64,000 bases of DNA, taken from Myxococcota bacterium. Its GTDB lineage: Bacteria > Myxococcota_A > UBA796 > SXON01. Shown here piece by piece: positions 29,186-39,393 of this stretch (the first letter of the stretch is position 1; each line of letters begins with the position of its first letter). Position numbers and translations under genes: made by a program. Location: NCBI GenBank assembly GCA_040386535.1, contig JAZKFH010000008.1:69068-133067 (forward strand), given 5' to 3'. The notes beneath the pieces are model-generated. The model was not told where the DNA came from. It saw only the letters and a list, made by a program, of their open reading frames with translations, and did no database searches.

Positions 29186-30397
29186 GTGGTGCGCGTCCTG
29201 GTTGCCGACAAGCTCGCTTCGTTCGTGCCCGGTCGTCTTCAGGACACCGGCGCGCAAGTCACCGTCGATCCCGCCGCGAAGGACGCCGCCCTCACGGCGC
29301 GCGTGGCCGAGCTGGATCCGGAGGTGCTCGTCGTCCGGAGCACCAAGGTCACCGCCGCCGACATCGCGGCGGGCAAGAACCTCGCGTTGATCATCCGCGC
29401 CGGCGCGGGCGTGAACACCATCGATCTCGCCGCGGCCTCGTCGCGCGGGGTGTACGTCGCCAATTGCCCCGGCAAGAACGCGGTCGCCGTGGCCGAGCTG
29501 GCCATCGGCCACCTCGTGAACCTCGATCGGCGGATCGCGGACAACGTCGCGTCCCTGCGCGCCGGCAAGTGGGACAAGAAGACCTTCGGCGTGGCGCGCG
29601 GGCTGCGCGGCCGCACCCTCGCGGTGCTCGGGACCGGCCAGATCGGGCGCGAGGTCATCGTGCGGGCCCAGGCCTTCGGCATGCGGATCGTGGCGTGGTC
29701 GCGCTCGTTGACCGACGCCGAGGCCGAGCTGCTCCGGGTCGAGCGCGCGCCCACGATCGAGGCCGCCGTCGCGAACGCCGACGCCGTGTCGATCCACCTC
29801 GCCCTCGCGAAGGAGACCCGCGGCCGCATCGGCGAGAGCGTGTTCGCCGCCATGAAGCCCGGCGCCTACTTCATCAACACCTCCCGCGCCGAGGTGGTCG
29901 ACCAGGACGCGCTGATCCGCGCCATCACCACCAAGAACCTCCGCGCCGGGCTCGACGTGTTCGCCAACGAGCCGTCGGCCGCCGCGGGCCCCTTCGCCGA
30001 CGCGATCGTCGAGTCCCCCAACGTCTACGGCACGCACCACATCGGCGCGAGCACCGACGAGTCGGAGGAGGCCGTGGGCGAGGAGGTCGTGCGCATCGTG
30101 GCCGCCTACAAGGCCGGCGCGGCGATCCCGAACGTGGTGAACCTCGCGACGCGCAGCCCCGCCACCCACCTGCTCGTCGTGCGCCACGCCGACCGCGTGG
30201 GCGTCCTGGCGAGCGTGCTCGGCGTGCTCCGCGAGGCGTCGATCAACATCGAGGACATGCAGAACATCGTGTTCTCCGGGGGGGACGCCGCGTGCGCCCG
30301 CATCGGCATGGTGGGCGCGCTCGCCCCCGAGGCCGTGGCCCGTCTCGAGTCCGAAGCCCACATCTTCTCCGTCTCCCAGGTGCCGGTGACCCCATGA
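29186..30397 (+). CDS. serA: D-3-phosphoglycerate dehydrogenase with ACT domain
   Basis: RAGAGVNTID, GTGQIG, INTSR, LDVF..EP, HIGAST; C-terminal HADRVGVL ACT; coupled to serC. Confidence 0.88.
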   Translation: MVRVLVADKLASFVPGRLQDTGAQVTVDPAAKDAALTARVAELDPEVLVVRSTKVTAADIAAGKNLALIIRAGAGVNTIDLAAASSRGVYVANCPGKNAVAVAELAIGHLVNLDRRIADNVASLRAGKWDKKTFGVARGLRGRTLAVLGTGQIGREVIVRAQAFGMRIVAWSRSLTDAEAELLRVERAPTIEAAVANADAVSIHLALAKETRGRIGESVFAAMKPGAYFINTSRAEVVDQDALIRAITTKNLRAGLDVFANEPSAAAGPFADAIVESPNVYGTHHIGASTDESEEAVGEEVVRIVAAYKAGAAIPNVVNLATRSPATHLLVVRHADRVGVLASVLGVLREASINIEDMQNIVFSGGDAACARIGMVGALAPEAVARLESEAHIFSVSQVPVTP

Positions 30398-31494
30398 CTG
30401 ATCCCACGAGCTACGGTCGCATCCACAACTTCGGCGCGGGCCCCGCGGTCCTCCCCCTCTCCGTCGTCGAAGAGGTGCGGGACGCCCTCCCGAACCTGAA
30501 CGGCTCGGGCCTCGGCCTCCTCGAGATCTCGCACCGCAGCAAGACCTTCCAGGCCGTCGTCGACAGCGCCGTGGCCCGCGTTCGTCGCGTGCTCAACGTG
30601 CCCGCCGACTACAGCATCCTGTTCCTGCAGGGCGGCGCCTCGCTCCAGTTCTACATGTCCGCGCTCAACCTGCTCCGCCCGGGCGAGGCCGCCGACTACC
30701 TCGTGACCGGCACCTGGGCGCAGAAGGCGCTCAAGGAAGCCAAGCGCGTGGGCGACGCGAAGGGCATCTGGGACGACGCGCCCAACAACTTCAAGCGCGT
30801 GCCGCAGGACGCGGACTACACCGTCCGCGACGAGGCCGTGTACCTCCACTACACGACGAACAACACGATCTACGGCACGGAGTTCCACCACCTGCCGCAG
30901 AGCGGCGGCAAGCCGCGCGTGCTCGACAACTCGTCCGACATCGCCGGCGTGCCGCTCGACGTGGCGAGCCACGATCTGATCTACGCGGGCGCGCAGAAGA
31001 ACCTCGGCCCGAGCGGGCTCACCCTCGCGATCCTCTCGCCCTGGGCGCTCGCGCGCGGCGCGGCCGGCCTGCCCGCCATGCTCGACTACAAGGTGCACGA
31101 GAAGGACGGCTCGCTCTACAACACCCCGAACGCCTTCGGCATCTTCGTGCTCGAGCGCGTGTTCGCGTGGATGGAGGCCAACGGCGGCCTCGAGGGCGCC
31201 ATCGCCCGCAACCAGGCGAAGGCGGGCACGCTCTACACCGAGCTCGACCGCACCGGGTTCTGGCGTCCGCACGCCTCCGTCGAGTCGCGCTCGGTCATGA
31301 ACGTGACGTGGCGCCTCCCGAGCGAAGCCCTCGAGGAGTCCTTCGTGAAGGAGGCCAAGGCGGCGGGGTTCGACGGGTTGAAGGGGCACCGTTCGGTGGG
31401 CGGGATCCGGGCCAGCCTCTACAACGCGCTGACCCTTGACAGCGTCCAGAGTCTTGCCGCTTTCATGCGTGACTTCGAAGGTCGCCACGGTTAG
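30394..31494 (+). CDS. serC: Phosphoserine aminotransferase
   Basis: ATG 30394; HNFGAGPAVLP, EISHRS, FLQGGASLQF, YAGAQKNLGP and GHRSVGGIRASLYNA. Confidence 0.96.
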   Translation: MTDPTSYGRIHNFGAGPAVLPLSVVEEVRDALPNLNGSGLGLLEISHRSKTFQAVVDSAVARVRRVLNVPADYSILFLQGGASLQFYMSALNLLRPGEAADYLVTGTWAQKALKEAKRVGDAKGIWDDAPNNFKRVPQDADYTVRDEAVYLHYTTNNTIYGTEFHHLPQSGGKPRVLDNSSDIAGVPLDVASHDLIYAGAQKNLGPSGLTLAILSPWALARGAAGLPAMLDYKVHEKDGSLYNTPNAFGIFVLERVFAWMEANGGLEGAIARNQAKAGTLYTELDRTGFWRPHASVESRSVMNVTWRLPSEALEESFVKEAKAAGFDGLKGHRSVGGIRASLYNALTLDSVQSLAAFMRDFEGRHG

Positions 31495-31516
31495 AGTCCC
31501 GGGCCCTGGAGTCCGC

Positions 31517-31888
31517 ATGAGCGATCACGATCACGACAAGGATGAGGAAGCCGTCGATCCCGAGCTGGACGACGTCGAAGACGGCGAAGGTGAGGGGGAA
31601 GACGACGAAGACGACATCGTCATCCTCTCCGATGCCGAAGGCAACGAGCAGGAATACCAGTTCCTGGCGATCGTCGAGGTCGAAGGCGACCAGTACGCGC
31701 TCCTGACCCCGGCCGACGCGGACGAGGACGAGGCCACCGAGATCTTCATCTTCCGCTACGAGCAGGACGAAGACGGCGGCGAGAGCTTCTCCGACGTGGC
31801 GGACGAGGCGACCTTCGCCAAGGTGCAGGCCCAGGCCGAAGCGCTCTTCGCGGCGGACGACGAGGATGACGACGAGGACACGGTCTAG
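31517..31888 (+). CDS. DUF1292-like acidic protein
   Basis: IVILSDAEGNEQEYQFLAIVEVEGDQYALL. Confidence 0.8.
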   Translation: MSDHDHDKDEEAVDPELDDVEDGEGEGEDDEDDIVILSDAEGNEQEYQFLAIVEVEGDQYALLTPADADEDEATEIFIFRYEQDEDGGESFSDVADEATFAKVQAQAEALFAADDEDDDEDTV

Positions 31889-31971
31889 CACCGGTCGCGG
31901 CGAGTCCGGGGGGCGATGGCCCCCCGTGACAGCCAAGCTCCCCCGACAGCCACCCGAGCGTTGACTTCAGC

Positions 31972-31999
31972 TTGACATCCGGCGGAAATCCCGTAGGTT
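31972..31999 (+). promoter_or_regulatory. Putative sigma70-type promoter
   Basis: TTGACA (31972)-16 nt-TAGGTT (31994), about 20 bp before ATG 32020; a second TTGAC lies 11 bp upstream at 31961. Confidence 0.45.
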
Positions 32000-32019
32000 G
32001 CCGCCCCGCTGGAGCTCTC

Positions 32020-33582
32020 ATGGTTGTCCGTCTGCTCGTTCTCTTGGCGCTCGTGGGTTGCAGCGCCGATCTGCAGGACAAGGGCGACGATCCGGTCATC
32101 GGAGACGATGACACGGGCACGCCCGACACCGACACGGATGTCGTCGACACGGACGACACCGATCTTGACGACACCGGGGACACCGACACCGATACCGACA
32201 CCGAGCCCCCGGTCGATGACGACGGGGACGGGTCGCCGGCCGACGAGGACTGCAACGACGCCGACGCGACCGTGTTTCCCGGCGCGCCCGAGCTGTGCGA
32301 CGGTCGCGACAACAACTGTGACGGCCGGTTCGACATCGACGAGGACGCCGACGAGGACGGCCTGGCCGACTGCGAGGACTACTGTCCCGTGTACACGCAG
32401 CCGGGCGCAACGGGCGACGGACGCGTGGGTGATCCTATGGGCGTCATCCAGGACGCCGTCGATCTCGCGGGCGCCAGCGGCTGCTACGAGGTGCGCGCGT
32501 ACCACGGCACCTACTACGAGAACGTGAACTGGTACGGGTACCCCGTGAACGCGGAGAGCGTCAGCGGGCCCGAGGTCACCATCATCGACGGGCAGGGCCT
32601 CGACAGCGTCGTGGCGTTCGAGACCGCCGAGACCGAGGACGCCCGCATCTACGGCTTCACGCTGACCAACGGCGGAGGCGACGAGGGCCCCGGCATCCGC
32701 GTGCGCTACGCCGCGCCCACCATCGAGGGCAACGTCATCACCGGGAACGTGGCGAACGTGAGCCCCTGGCTCGCGGGCGGCATCCGCGTCTACGAAGGCG
32801 ACGCGGTGATCATCGACAACGAGATCACCAACAACGACGCGGCCTACGGCGGCCCGGAGAACGGCTCCGACGGTGGCGGCATCAACGTGCGCGGCGGCTC
32901 GCCCTACATCGCAGGCAACCTCATCGCGGACAACACCGCGGGGGACGGCGGCGGGCTCTGGATCGCCTACACCGACGCGATCATCGTCAACAACCTCATC
33001 GCGGGCAACGCGGCGATGGACGACGATCTGACCGCGGGTGGCCAGGGCGGCGGCATCAACGTGCAGATCTCCGGGCCGAACGGCCCGTTCATCTCGGGCA
33101 ACGTCGTCACCGACAACACCGCGTCGATGTACGGCGGCGGCATCGTGACCTACGAGGCCAACGACCTGTACCCGTCCGCCCAGATCACCAACAACACCAT
33201 CACCTTCAACGAGGTGACGGACACGGACTACGGCGCCGGCCTGCTCCAATGGCGGCGCACCACGCCCACCGTCACGAACAACATCATCGCCTACAACAAC
33301 GGCGTGGGTGTGTACTCCGAAGATGACATGGACGACACGTACACGTACAACCTCGTGTATGGCAACGGAACCAACTATTCGGGCCTCGCCGGCTCCGGCG
33401 CCGGCAACCTCGTGGCCGACCCGTTGTTCACCGCTGCCACCAACGACGGCGACTGGACCAATGACGACTTCACGCTCCGTGCCACCTCGCCCGCGATCGA
33501 CGCCGGGAGCACGGGTGAAGCGGATCCGGATGGGTCGGCGGCTGACTTGGGAGCGTACGGCGGCGTGTACGGGGGCTGGTAG
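32020..33582 (+). CDS. Lipoprotein with Asp/Thr linker, metal-binding repeat and right-handed beta-helix domain
   Basis: LALVGC lipobox; DCNDADATVFPGAPELCDGRDNNCDG; repeated I..N.I..N.A..GGGI; C-terminal DF.LRATSPAIDAG..DLGAYGG. Confidence 0.85.
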   Translation: MVVRLLVLLALVGCSADLQDKGDDPVIGDDDTGTPDTDTDVVDTDDTDLDDTGDTDTDTDTEPPVDDDGDGSPADEDCNDADATVFPGAPELCDGRDNNCDGRFDIDEDADEDGLADCEDYCPVYTQPGATGDGRVGDPMGVIQDAVDLAGASGCYEVRAYHGTYYENVNWYGYPVNAESVSGPEVTIIDGQGLDSVVAFETAETEDARIYGFTLTNGGGDEGPGIRVRYAAPTIEGNVITGNVANVSPWLAGGIRVYEGDAVIIDNEITNNDAAYGGPENGSDGGGINVRGGSPYIAGNLIADNTAGDGGGLWIAYTDAIIVNNLIAGNAAMDDDLTAGGQGGGINVQISGPNGPFISGNVVTDNTASMYGGGIVTYEANDLYPSAQITNNTITFNEVTDTDYGAGLLQWRRTTPTVTNNIIAYNNGVGVYSEDDMDDTYTYNLVYGNGTNYSGLAGSGAGNLVADPLFTAATNDGDWTNDDFTLRATSPAIDAGSTGEADPDGSAADLGAYGGVYGGW

Positions 33583-33608
33583 TCCGGGGCGGCGGAGCCC
33601 GGCCGGGA

Positions 33609-35819
33609 TCAGGCCGCGTCCAGCACGTCTCGCACCCGCCGTGCCAACGGATCGGGCATGATCGGCTTCTGGATGAACGCCACGCGCGCCTCGAGGATGC
33701 CGTGACGAACGACAGCATCGTCGGTGTAGCCGGACATGAACAGCACCTTCGTGTCTGGGCGCACCTGGCCGAGGCGCGCCGCGAGGTCCGGGCCGCTCAT
33801 ACGTGGCATCACGACGTCGGTCAGGAGGAGGTGGATTGGCGCGGGGTACTGCGCGCACAGCTCCAGCGCGTCGGCGCCGTTGGGAGCGGCGAGGACGTGG
33901 TAGCCACATCGGCGTAGGACCGCGGCGGCCAGCGTACGGACCTCGTCCTCGTCCTCGACCAGGAGGATCGTCTCGGTGCCGCCGACGAGCGGCGCGTTCG
34001 ACGACACCGCCGCCATGGCCCCCTCGTCCGCGCCGACGGCCACGGGAAAGTAGATCTTGAACGTGGTGCCCTTGCCGGGCTCGCTGTACACCCAGATGGT
34101 CCCGCCGCTCTGCTGGACGATGCCGAACACCGTAGCGAGCCCGAGCCCCGTCCCTTTGCCCATCTCCTTGGTCGTGAAGAAGGGCTCGAACAGGTGCGCC
34201 TGCGTGTGCGCGTCCATGCCCTGGCCAGTGTCGCTCACCGCCAGCATCATGTGCGCCCCCGGCGCGGAGCCGGGATGCATGGCCACGTACTCGCTGTCCA
34301 GGACGACCCGGCACGTCTCGATGGTGAGCATGCCGCCCAGCGGCATGGCGTCGCGGGCGTTCACGGCCAGGTTCATGATGACCTGCCCGATCTGACCGGG
34401 GTCGACGAGGACGGTGCCCTGGCCCGGCGCGGACGGTGCCGCGAGCTCGACGTCCTCGCCGATGAGGCGCCGGAGCATCTTCTCCATCCCACGCACGACG
34501 GCGTCCAGATCGACGACCTTCGGCTGGAGCACCTGCTGCCGGCTGAACGCGAGCAGCTCTCCGGTGAGGTCCCGAGCGCGGAGCCCGGCGGCGTGGATCT
34601 CCTCGAGGTCGGCGCGGATGGGATCCCCCTCCGGGAACTCGGCGCGCAGCAGCGCGGAGTAGCCGAGCACGACCGAGAGGAGGTTGTTGAAGTCGTGGGC
34701 CACCCCACCGGCGAGACGGCCGACGGTCTCCATCTTCTGCGCCTGGCGCAGGCGGTCCTCGAGCTCGAGATGGAGCGCCTCGGCGAGCCGCTGCGGGGTG
34801 ATGTCCTGCACGGAGCCGTCGATGTGGGTGATCGTGCCAGACACGTCGCGGCGCGGGTTGCCGATCGCCCGGATCCAGCGCCGGTTGCCCCCCGCCGTGA
34901 GGATCTCCGCCTCGAGGTCGAAGGGGGTACCGAGCCGACTGCAACGTTCCACCGCGGCGATGACGCCCTCGTGGTGTTCGGCCGCGTAGAACTGGATCGC
35001 GGCGTCCACGGTGGGCGAGGTGCCGGTTGGGACCTCGTGGATGACACACGCTTCGTCCGACCAGACGACGCGCGGGTTGTCCCCCGTGAGCGCCACGCTC
35101 CAGCCTCCGAGGCGCGCCGTGCGGCCCGCGATGCCGAGGAGCGCCTTCTGTTCGAGCAGCTCCGCCTCGGTGCGCTGCCGCTCTCGGACCTCCTGTTCGA
35201 GCGCAGCGTTGGCGGCGACGAGGTCACGCCGCTCGTTCTCGAGCGCCGTCTGCCCGTCGACCGCGCGCCCCACGGCCGCCTCGAGGGCCGCGATGACCGC
35301 GCACAGGGCCAGCACCATGCTCAGATTGACGAGCACGAAATTGCCGGTGATGACCGACCAGCCAACCATGTCCCAGCGCCATCCAGGAATCGACATCTCC
35401 GGGGAGGCGATCGCGAGGTAGCCGATGCCGAACATGGTGATTGCGTTGAGGGCGACCGTCGCGAGGCCCCAGCGGGCCCGGAGCAGCAGCGTGGCGATGA
35501 TCGAGAACCCGAACAGGTAGATCTGGCTTATCGATCCCACCGTCACCATCAGCCCTACGCCCAGGGCATAGAGTACGAGGCACGCCCCGATCGCCCGGCC
35601 GATGGCCGGCAGCCGGTCGAACCGAGCGAGCACGAGGATGATCGCGAGCGCGATCGTGTCCAGCACCGCCACCTGCGTGAGACCGGCCGTGATGGCGAGG
35701 TAGACGCTCGGAACGTAGACGACGCTGCCGAGCCCGGCGATGGCGCGGACCACCGAGCGCAACAAGTCCGCCCGCCATTCGTCGAGGGACAGGGTCGGGG
35801 ACCCAGGCAGATCAGACAT
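33609..35819 (-). CDS. Membrane hybrid sensor histidine kinase (multi-TM, PAS, HisKA, HATPase, REC)
   Basis: AGGVAHDFNNLL, NLAVNARDAM, DTGQGM, FEPFFTTK..GKGTGLGL and LLTDVVMP; likely start ATG 35819. Confidence 0.93.
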   Translation of the reverse strand: MSDLPGSPTLSLDEWRADLLRSVVRAIAGLGSVVYVPSVYLAITAGLTQVAVLDTIALAIILVLARFDRLPAIGRAIGACLVLYALGVGLMVTVGSISQIYLFGFSIIATLLLRARWGLATVALNAITMFGIGYLAIASPEMSIPGWRWDMVGWSVITGNFVLVNLSMVLALCAVIAALEAAVGRAVDGQTALENERRDLVAANAALEQEVRERQRTEAELLEQKALLGIAGRTARLGGWSVALTGDNPRVVWSDEACVIHEVPTGTSPTVDAAIQFYAAEHHEGVIAAVERCSRLGTPFDLEAEILTAGGNRRWIRAIGNPRRDVSGTITHIDGSVQDITPQRLAEALHLELEDRLRQAQKMETVGRLAGGVAHDFNNLLSVVLGYSALLRAEFPEGDPIRADLEEIHAAGLRARDLTGELLAFSRQQVLQPKVVDLDAVVRGMEKMLRRLIGEDVELAAPSAPGQGTVLVDPGQIGQVIMNLAVNARDAMPLGGMLTIETCRVVLDSEYVAMHPGSAPGAHMMLAVSDTGQGMDAHTQAHLFEPFFTTKEMGKGTGLGLATVFGIVQQSGGTIWVYSEPGKGTTFKIYFPVAVGADEGAMAAVSSNAPLVGGTETILLVEDEDEVRTLAAAVLRRCGYHVLAAPNGADALELCAQYPAPIHLLLTDVVMPRMSGPDLAARLGQVRPDTKVLFMSGYTDDAVVRHGILEARVAFIQKPIMPDPLARRVRDVLDAA

Positions 35820-35946
35820 TTTCGAGTATTGTACCCGACAATCGGCCGGGGTCAAGCGGGCGTGGCAGGGCGGCCCGGTCGGAGCCGGGATGCGCCGCGC
35901 GTCGCCGTCGACCCGAGGCGGATACGCTCGCTCCCGGAGCGCGCAC

Positions 35947-37233
35947 ATGCACCACGTGATCGTCGGCAACAGCGTCGCGGGCATCGAGGCCGCGATCACG
36001 CTGCGCAACCGCGACGACACGGCGCGCATCACGCTCATCGCGGACGAGCACGACCACTTCTTCGCGCGCACGGCGCTGATGTACGTGTTCTGCGGGCAGC
36101 TGTCCGTGCGGGACACGGAGCCCTACGACCACGAGCTGTACGAGCGGATGCGCTTCACCCGCGTCCGCGACCGGCTGGTGCGCGTGCGGCCCGACGAGCA
36201 CGCCGTCGACCTCGCGAGCGGCGCCACGGTGGCGTACGACACGCTGCTGCTGGCCGTGGGGTCCCGCCCGCGGCGGTTGCCCTGGCCCGCCGCGTACGCG
36301 GGCCCCGGGGTGCACCACTTCGTCACCTTGCGGGACCTCGAGGGGCTGGACGCGGCCGCCAAGCCCGGCATGTCCGTGGCGGTCATCGGCGGCGGGCTCA
36401 TCGGGGTGGAGTGCGCCGAGGTGCTGCACCTGCGCAGGTTGAAGGTGCATTTTCTCATCCGCGAGCCCTGGTACTTCCCGGTGGCGCTCGACGAGAACGA
36501 GGCGCAGGTCGTGGCCGCGCACATGCGCCAGCACGGGGTCGACACGCGGTTGAACACCCCGGTCGACGCGTTGGAGCGCCGCGAGGGAAAACTCGTGTTG
36601 AAGCTTCCGAACGAGGAGCTGGCCGTCGACCTCGTCGTGGGCGCCATCGGGGTGGTGCCGAACACGGACTTCCTGCGCGACAGCACCCTCACGCTCGCTC
36701 CGGACGGCGCCATCGAGACGACGGACGCGCTCCGGAGCACCACCGCGCCGGACGTGTGGGCCGCGGGGGACTGCGCGAACGTCACCTGGATCGATGGATC
36801 GCGGCGTCCCGAGCAGCTCTGGTACACCGCGCGGGATCAGGGCCGCGCCGCCGCCCGCTCGATGCTCGGGGACCCCGTCGTGTATCGCCGGAGCACCTGG
36901 TACAACTCTGCCAAGTTCTTCGACATCGAGTACACGACCGCGGGGTTCGTCCCCCCGGACCCCAAGGGGTTCGACACCTGGTACCAGCACGTCCCCGCCC
37001 CCTCCGTGACCCAGACCTCGGCGACCCAACGCATCGTGTGCAAGGGCGGCCGCATCGTCGGCTTCAACGCCCTGGGAAGCCGCTGGAATCACGAAGTGTT
37101 CTTGCGTTGGATCCACGAGCGCCGCTCGCTCGTATGGGTGCTCGAGCACATGAACGACGCCCGCTTCGACGAGGAGTTCACCGCTCCGTTCCGCGTCCTC
37201 CCGACCGCCACGCTGACGCCCGCCGGAGCCTGA
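35947..37233 (+). CDS. FAD-dependent NAD(P)H oxidoreductase (Pyr_redox_2 family)
   Basis: HVIVGNSVAG, YDTLLLAVGS, VIGGGLIGVE and VWAAGDCA. Confidence 0.9.
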   Translation: MHHVIVGNSVAGIEAAITLRNRDDTARITLIADEHDHFFARTALMYVFCGQLSVRDTEPYDHELYERMRFTRVRDRLVRVRPDEHAVDLASGATVAYDTLLLAVGSRPRRLPWPAAYAGPGVHHFVTLRDLEGLDAAAKPGMSVAVIGGGLIGVECAEVLHLRRLKVHFLIREPWYFPVALDENEAQVVAAHMRQHGVDTRLNTPVDALERREGKLVLKLPNEELAVDLVVGAIGVVPNTDFLRDSTLTLAPDGAIETTDALRSTTAPDVWAAGDCANVTWIDGSRRPEQLWYTARDQGRAAARSMLGDPVVYRRSTWYNSAKFFDIEYTTAGFVPPDPKGFDTWYQHVPAPSVTQTSATQRIVCKGGRIVGFNALGSRWNHEVFLRWIHERRSLVWVLEHMNDARFDEEFTAPFRVLPTATLTPAGA

Positions 37234-37234
37234 C

Positions 37235-38584
37235 ATGCAAGCCGGATTGCTCTCCACCTACAAGAGCCCGGTCAAGAACCGGAACGCGTTCGCGTGGGTG
37301 CTCTCCCTCGCCCTGTTCGCGTTCTACTTCCTGTTGTACCTGCCGGACTACGGGTTCTTCCCCGATTACCTCGCCATCGCGCTGCGCGGCCTCGGCTTCG
37401 GAAAGTTCGACAAGTGGAACTTCTACGGGCTGCTGTACAGCGTCGCGATGATCGTCGGCGGCTGGTTCATGCTCCAGAAGCACGGCAACAGCCGCTACCA
37501 CCGGCTCCGCACCTACACGCTCGTCGCGGTGCAGGTGGTGTTCGCCTTCTCGTTGCCGCTGGTGCTGAAGTTCCTGAACCAACCCGAGTTGTACCTCTCG
37601 TACCTGTGGCCCCTCTCCTACGACAAGTTGTTCCCCGACACGCTCGCGCAGATGCCGATCTACGCCGCCGTGTACTTCGTGGTCACGTCGCTCGTCGCGT
37701 TCCCGCTGCTCGCCTACTACAAGGGCAAGCGGTTCTATTGCTCCTGGATCTGCGGGTGTGGCGGCCTCGCCGAGACCTTCGGCGACCCGTGGCGGCACCT
37801 CTCCAGCAAGTCGGACAAGGCCTGGCGCGTCGAGCAGGTCACGATCTACAGCGTGCTCGCGCTCGTGCTCCTCACGACGGGCCTGATGATCGCGGACGCG
37901 TCGAGCAAGGCCGCGCTGATTGGCCGCGCGGGCACGGAGGAGGGCGATCGGGTCGCGCTGTCGTTGTCGCTCGCGAGCCAGGCCGAGGCGCTCCGCGACG
38001 CTCCGGCCTCCACGCTCGGCGCTTCGGTCGGCGCGATCGAGGCCGAGGTGCTCGCCAGCAAGCCGCCGGAGTGGCTCGCCGAGAAGCTCGTGGGCGTGCG
38101 GGCCAAGGCCGACGCGGGCGACGTGGCGGGCACGGCCTCCGAGGTCAAGAACCTCGCCTACGCGGCCATGCCGGTGACACCGATCTCGGGCATCGCCCAC
38201 TCGGTGAAGGGCTTCTACGCCTTCTTCATCGGCGCGATGTTCTCCGGCGCCGCGGGAGTCGGCCTGTACCCCCTCATGGGCTCGCGGGTGTGGTGCCGAT
38301 TTGGGTGCCCGATGGCCGCGATCCTCGGCCTGTTCCAGAAGTTCGGGCGCTTCCGCATCACGGTCAAAAAAGACATGTGTATCAGCTGCGGCAACTGCAG
38401 CACCTACTGCGAGATGGGCATCGACGTGCGGCAATACGCCATGGGCAACCTCGATATCAAGCGCGCGAGCTGCGTGGGGTGCGGAATGTGCGCGCACGTT
38501 TGCCCGCGTGGCGTGTTGAAGCTCGAGACCCGCAAGGACTCCGGCCCCGCCGGCAACGTACAGGTCTGGACCCTCGACCTCTGA
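37235..38584 (+). CDS. 4Fe-4S dicluster membrane protein (NapH/YccM-like)
   Basis: GKRFYCSWICGCG, RVWCRFGCP, CISCGNCSTYC and CVGCGMCAHVCP; several TMs. Confidence 0.9.
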   Translation: MQAGLLSTYKSPVKNRNAFAWVLSLALFAFYFLLYLPDYGFFPDYLAIALRGLGFGKFDKWNFYGLLYSVAMIVGGWFMLQKHGNSRYHRLRTYTLVAVQVVFAFSLPLVLKFLNQPELYLSYLWPLSYDKLFPDTLAQMPIYAAVYFVVTSLVAFPLLAYYKGKRFYCSWICGCGGLAETFGDPWRHLSSKSDKAWRVEQVTIYSVLALVLLTTGLMIADASSKAALIGRAGTEEGDRVALSLSLASQAEALRDAPASTLGASVGAIEAEVLASKPPEWLAEKLVGVRAKADAGDVAGTASEVKNLAYAAMPVTPISGIAHSVKGFYAFFIGAMFSGAAGVGLYPLMGSRVWCRFGCPMAAILGLFQKFGRFRITVKKDMCISCGNCSTYCEMGIDVRQYAMGNLDIKRASCVGCGMCAHVCPRGVLKLETRKDSGPAGNVQVWTLDL

Positions 38585-38598
38585 CCGGAGCCTTCCCC

Positions 38599-39345
38599 AT
38601 GCTGCTCGCCCTCGTCAGCCTCGCCCTCGCCCTCGACCCCACCCACGCGAAGCTCCAGAAGGTGCTCGACACCCACCTCGTCGCGGGGCGTGTCGACTAC
38701 GCGGGTCTCAAAGCCGCTCCCGCCACGTTGGACGCCTACCTCGCGGAGGTGGCCGCGGCGCCGGTCGCCTCGTTGTCCCCCGCCGACAAGAAGGCGCTCT
38801 ACATCAACGCCTACAACGCCTACACCCTCGATCTGGTGGCGGACAACTTCCCGCTCAAATCGATCATGGACCTGGATGGCGGCAAGGTGTGGGACACCCG
38901 CAAGTACAACGTGGGCGGCACCCTGCTGACGCTCAACGACATCGAGGGGAAGAACCTGCGTAACCTCGGCGATCCGCGCATCCACGCCGCGGTCAACTGC
39001 GCCTCCCTCGGGTGCCCGCCGATCGCGCCCAAGGTGTTCACCGGCGCCGGTCTGGATGCCCAGTTGGACGTGGCAGCCAAACGGTGGGCGTCCACCGCCA
39101 CGCTCACTACCAACTCTTCGGGGGCGGGCGGGACGCTGACCGTCAACAAGATCTTCGATTGGTACGGCGACGACTTCACCGCCACGTTTGGTTCCGCCCG
39201 TTACGACATCCCCGGGCTCGCCGGCAAGCAGGAGGCCGCGGCCAACTTCATCGCCACCTTCGCGCCCGAGCGTGCGGAGATGCTACGGAAGGGTGGGTAC
39301 ACCGTCGCATACGGCGAGTACAGTTGGGCGGTGAATTCGCGTTGA
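38599..39345 (+). CDS. DUF547 domain exported protein
   Basis: VDYAGLK, ALYINAYNAYT, TLNDIE, DPRIHAAVNCASLGCP and KIFDWYGDDF. Confidence 0.92.
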   Translation: MLLALVSLALALDPTHAKLQKVLDTHLVAGRVDYAGLKAAPATLDAYLAEVAAAPVASLSPADKKALYINAYNAYTLDLVADNFPLKSIMDLDGGKVWDTRKYNVGGTLLTLNDIEGKNLRNLGDPRIHAAVNCASLGCPPIAPKVFTGAGLDAQLDVAAKRWASTATLTTNSSGAGGTLTVNKIFDWYGDDFTATFGSARYDIPGLAGKQEAAANFIATFAPERAEMLRKGGYTVAYGEYSWAVNSR

Positions 39346-39358
39346 GTTCTGGGGCAGG

Positions 39359-39386
39359 GGCTCCGCCCCCGCAACGCCCCGGAGCC
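39359..39386. terminator. Hairpin between convergent DUF547 and methyltransferase genes
   Basis: ggctccg (39359-39365) pairs with cggagcc (39380-39386). Confidence 0.4.
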
Positions 39387-39393
39387 ACCTCGC

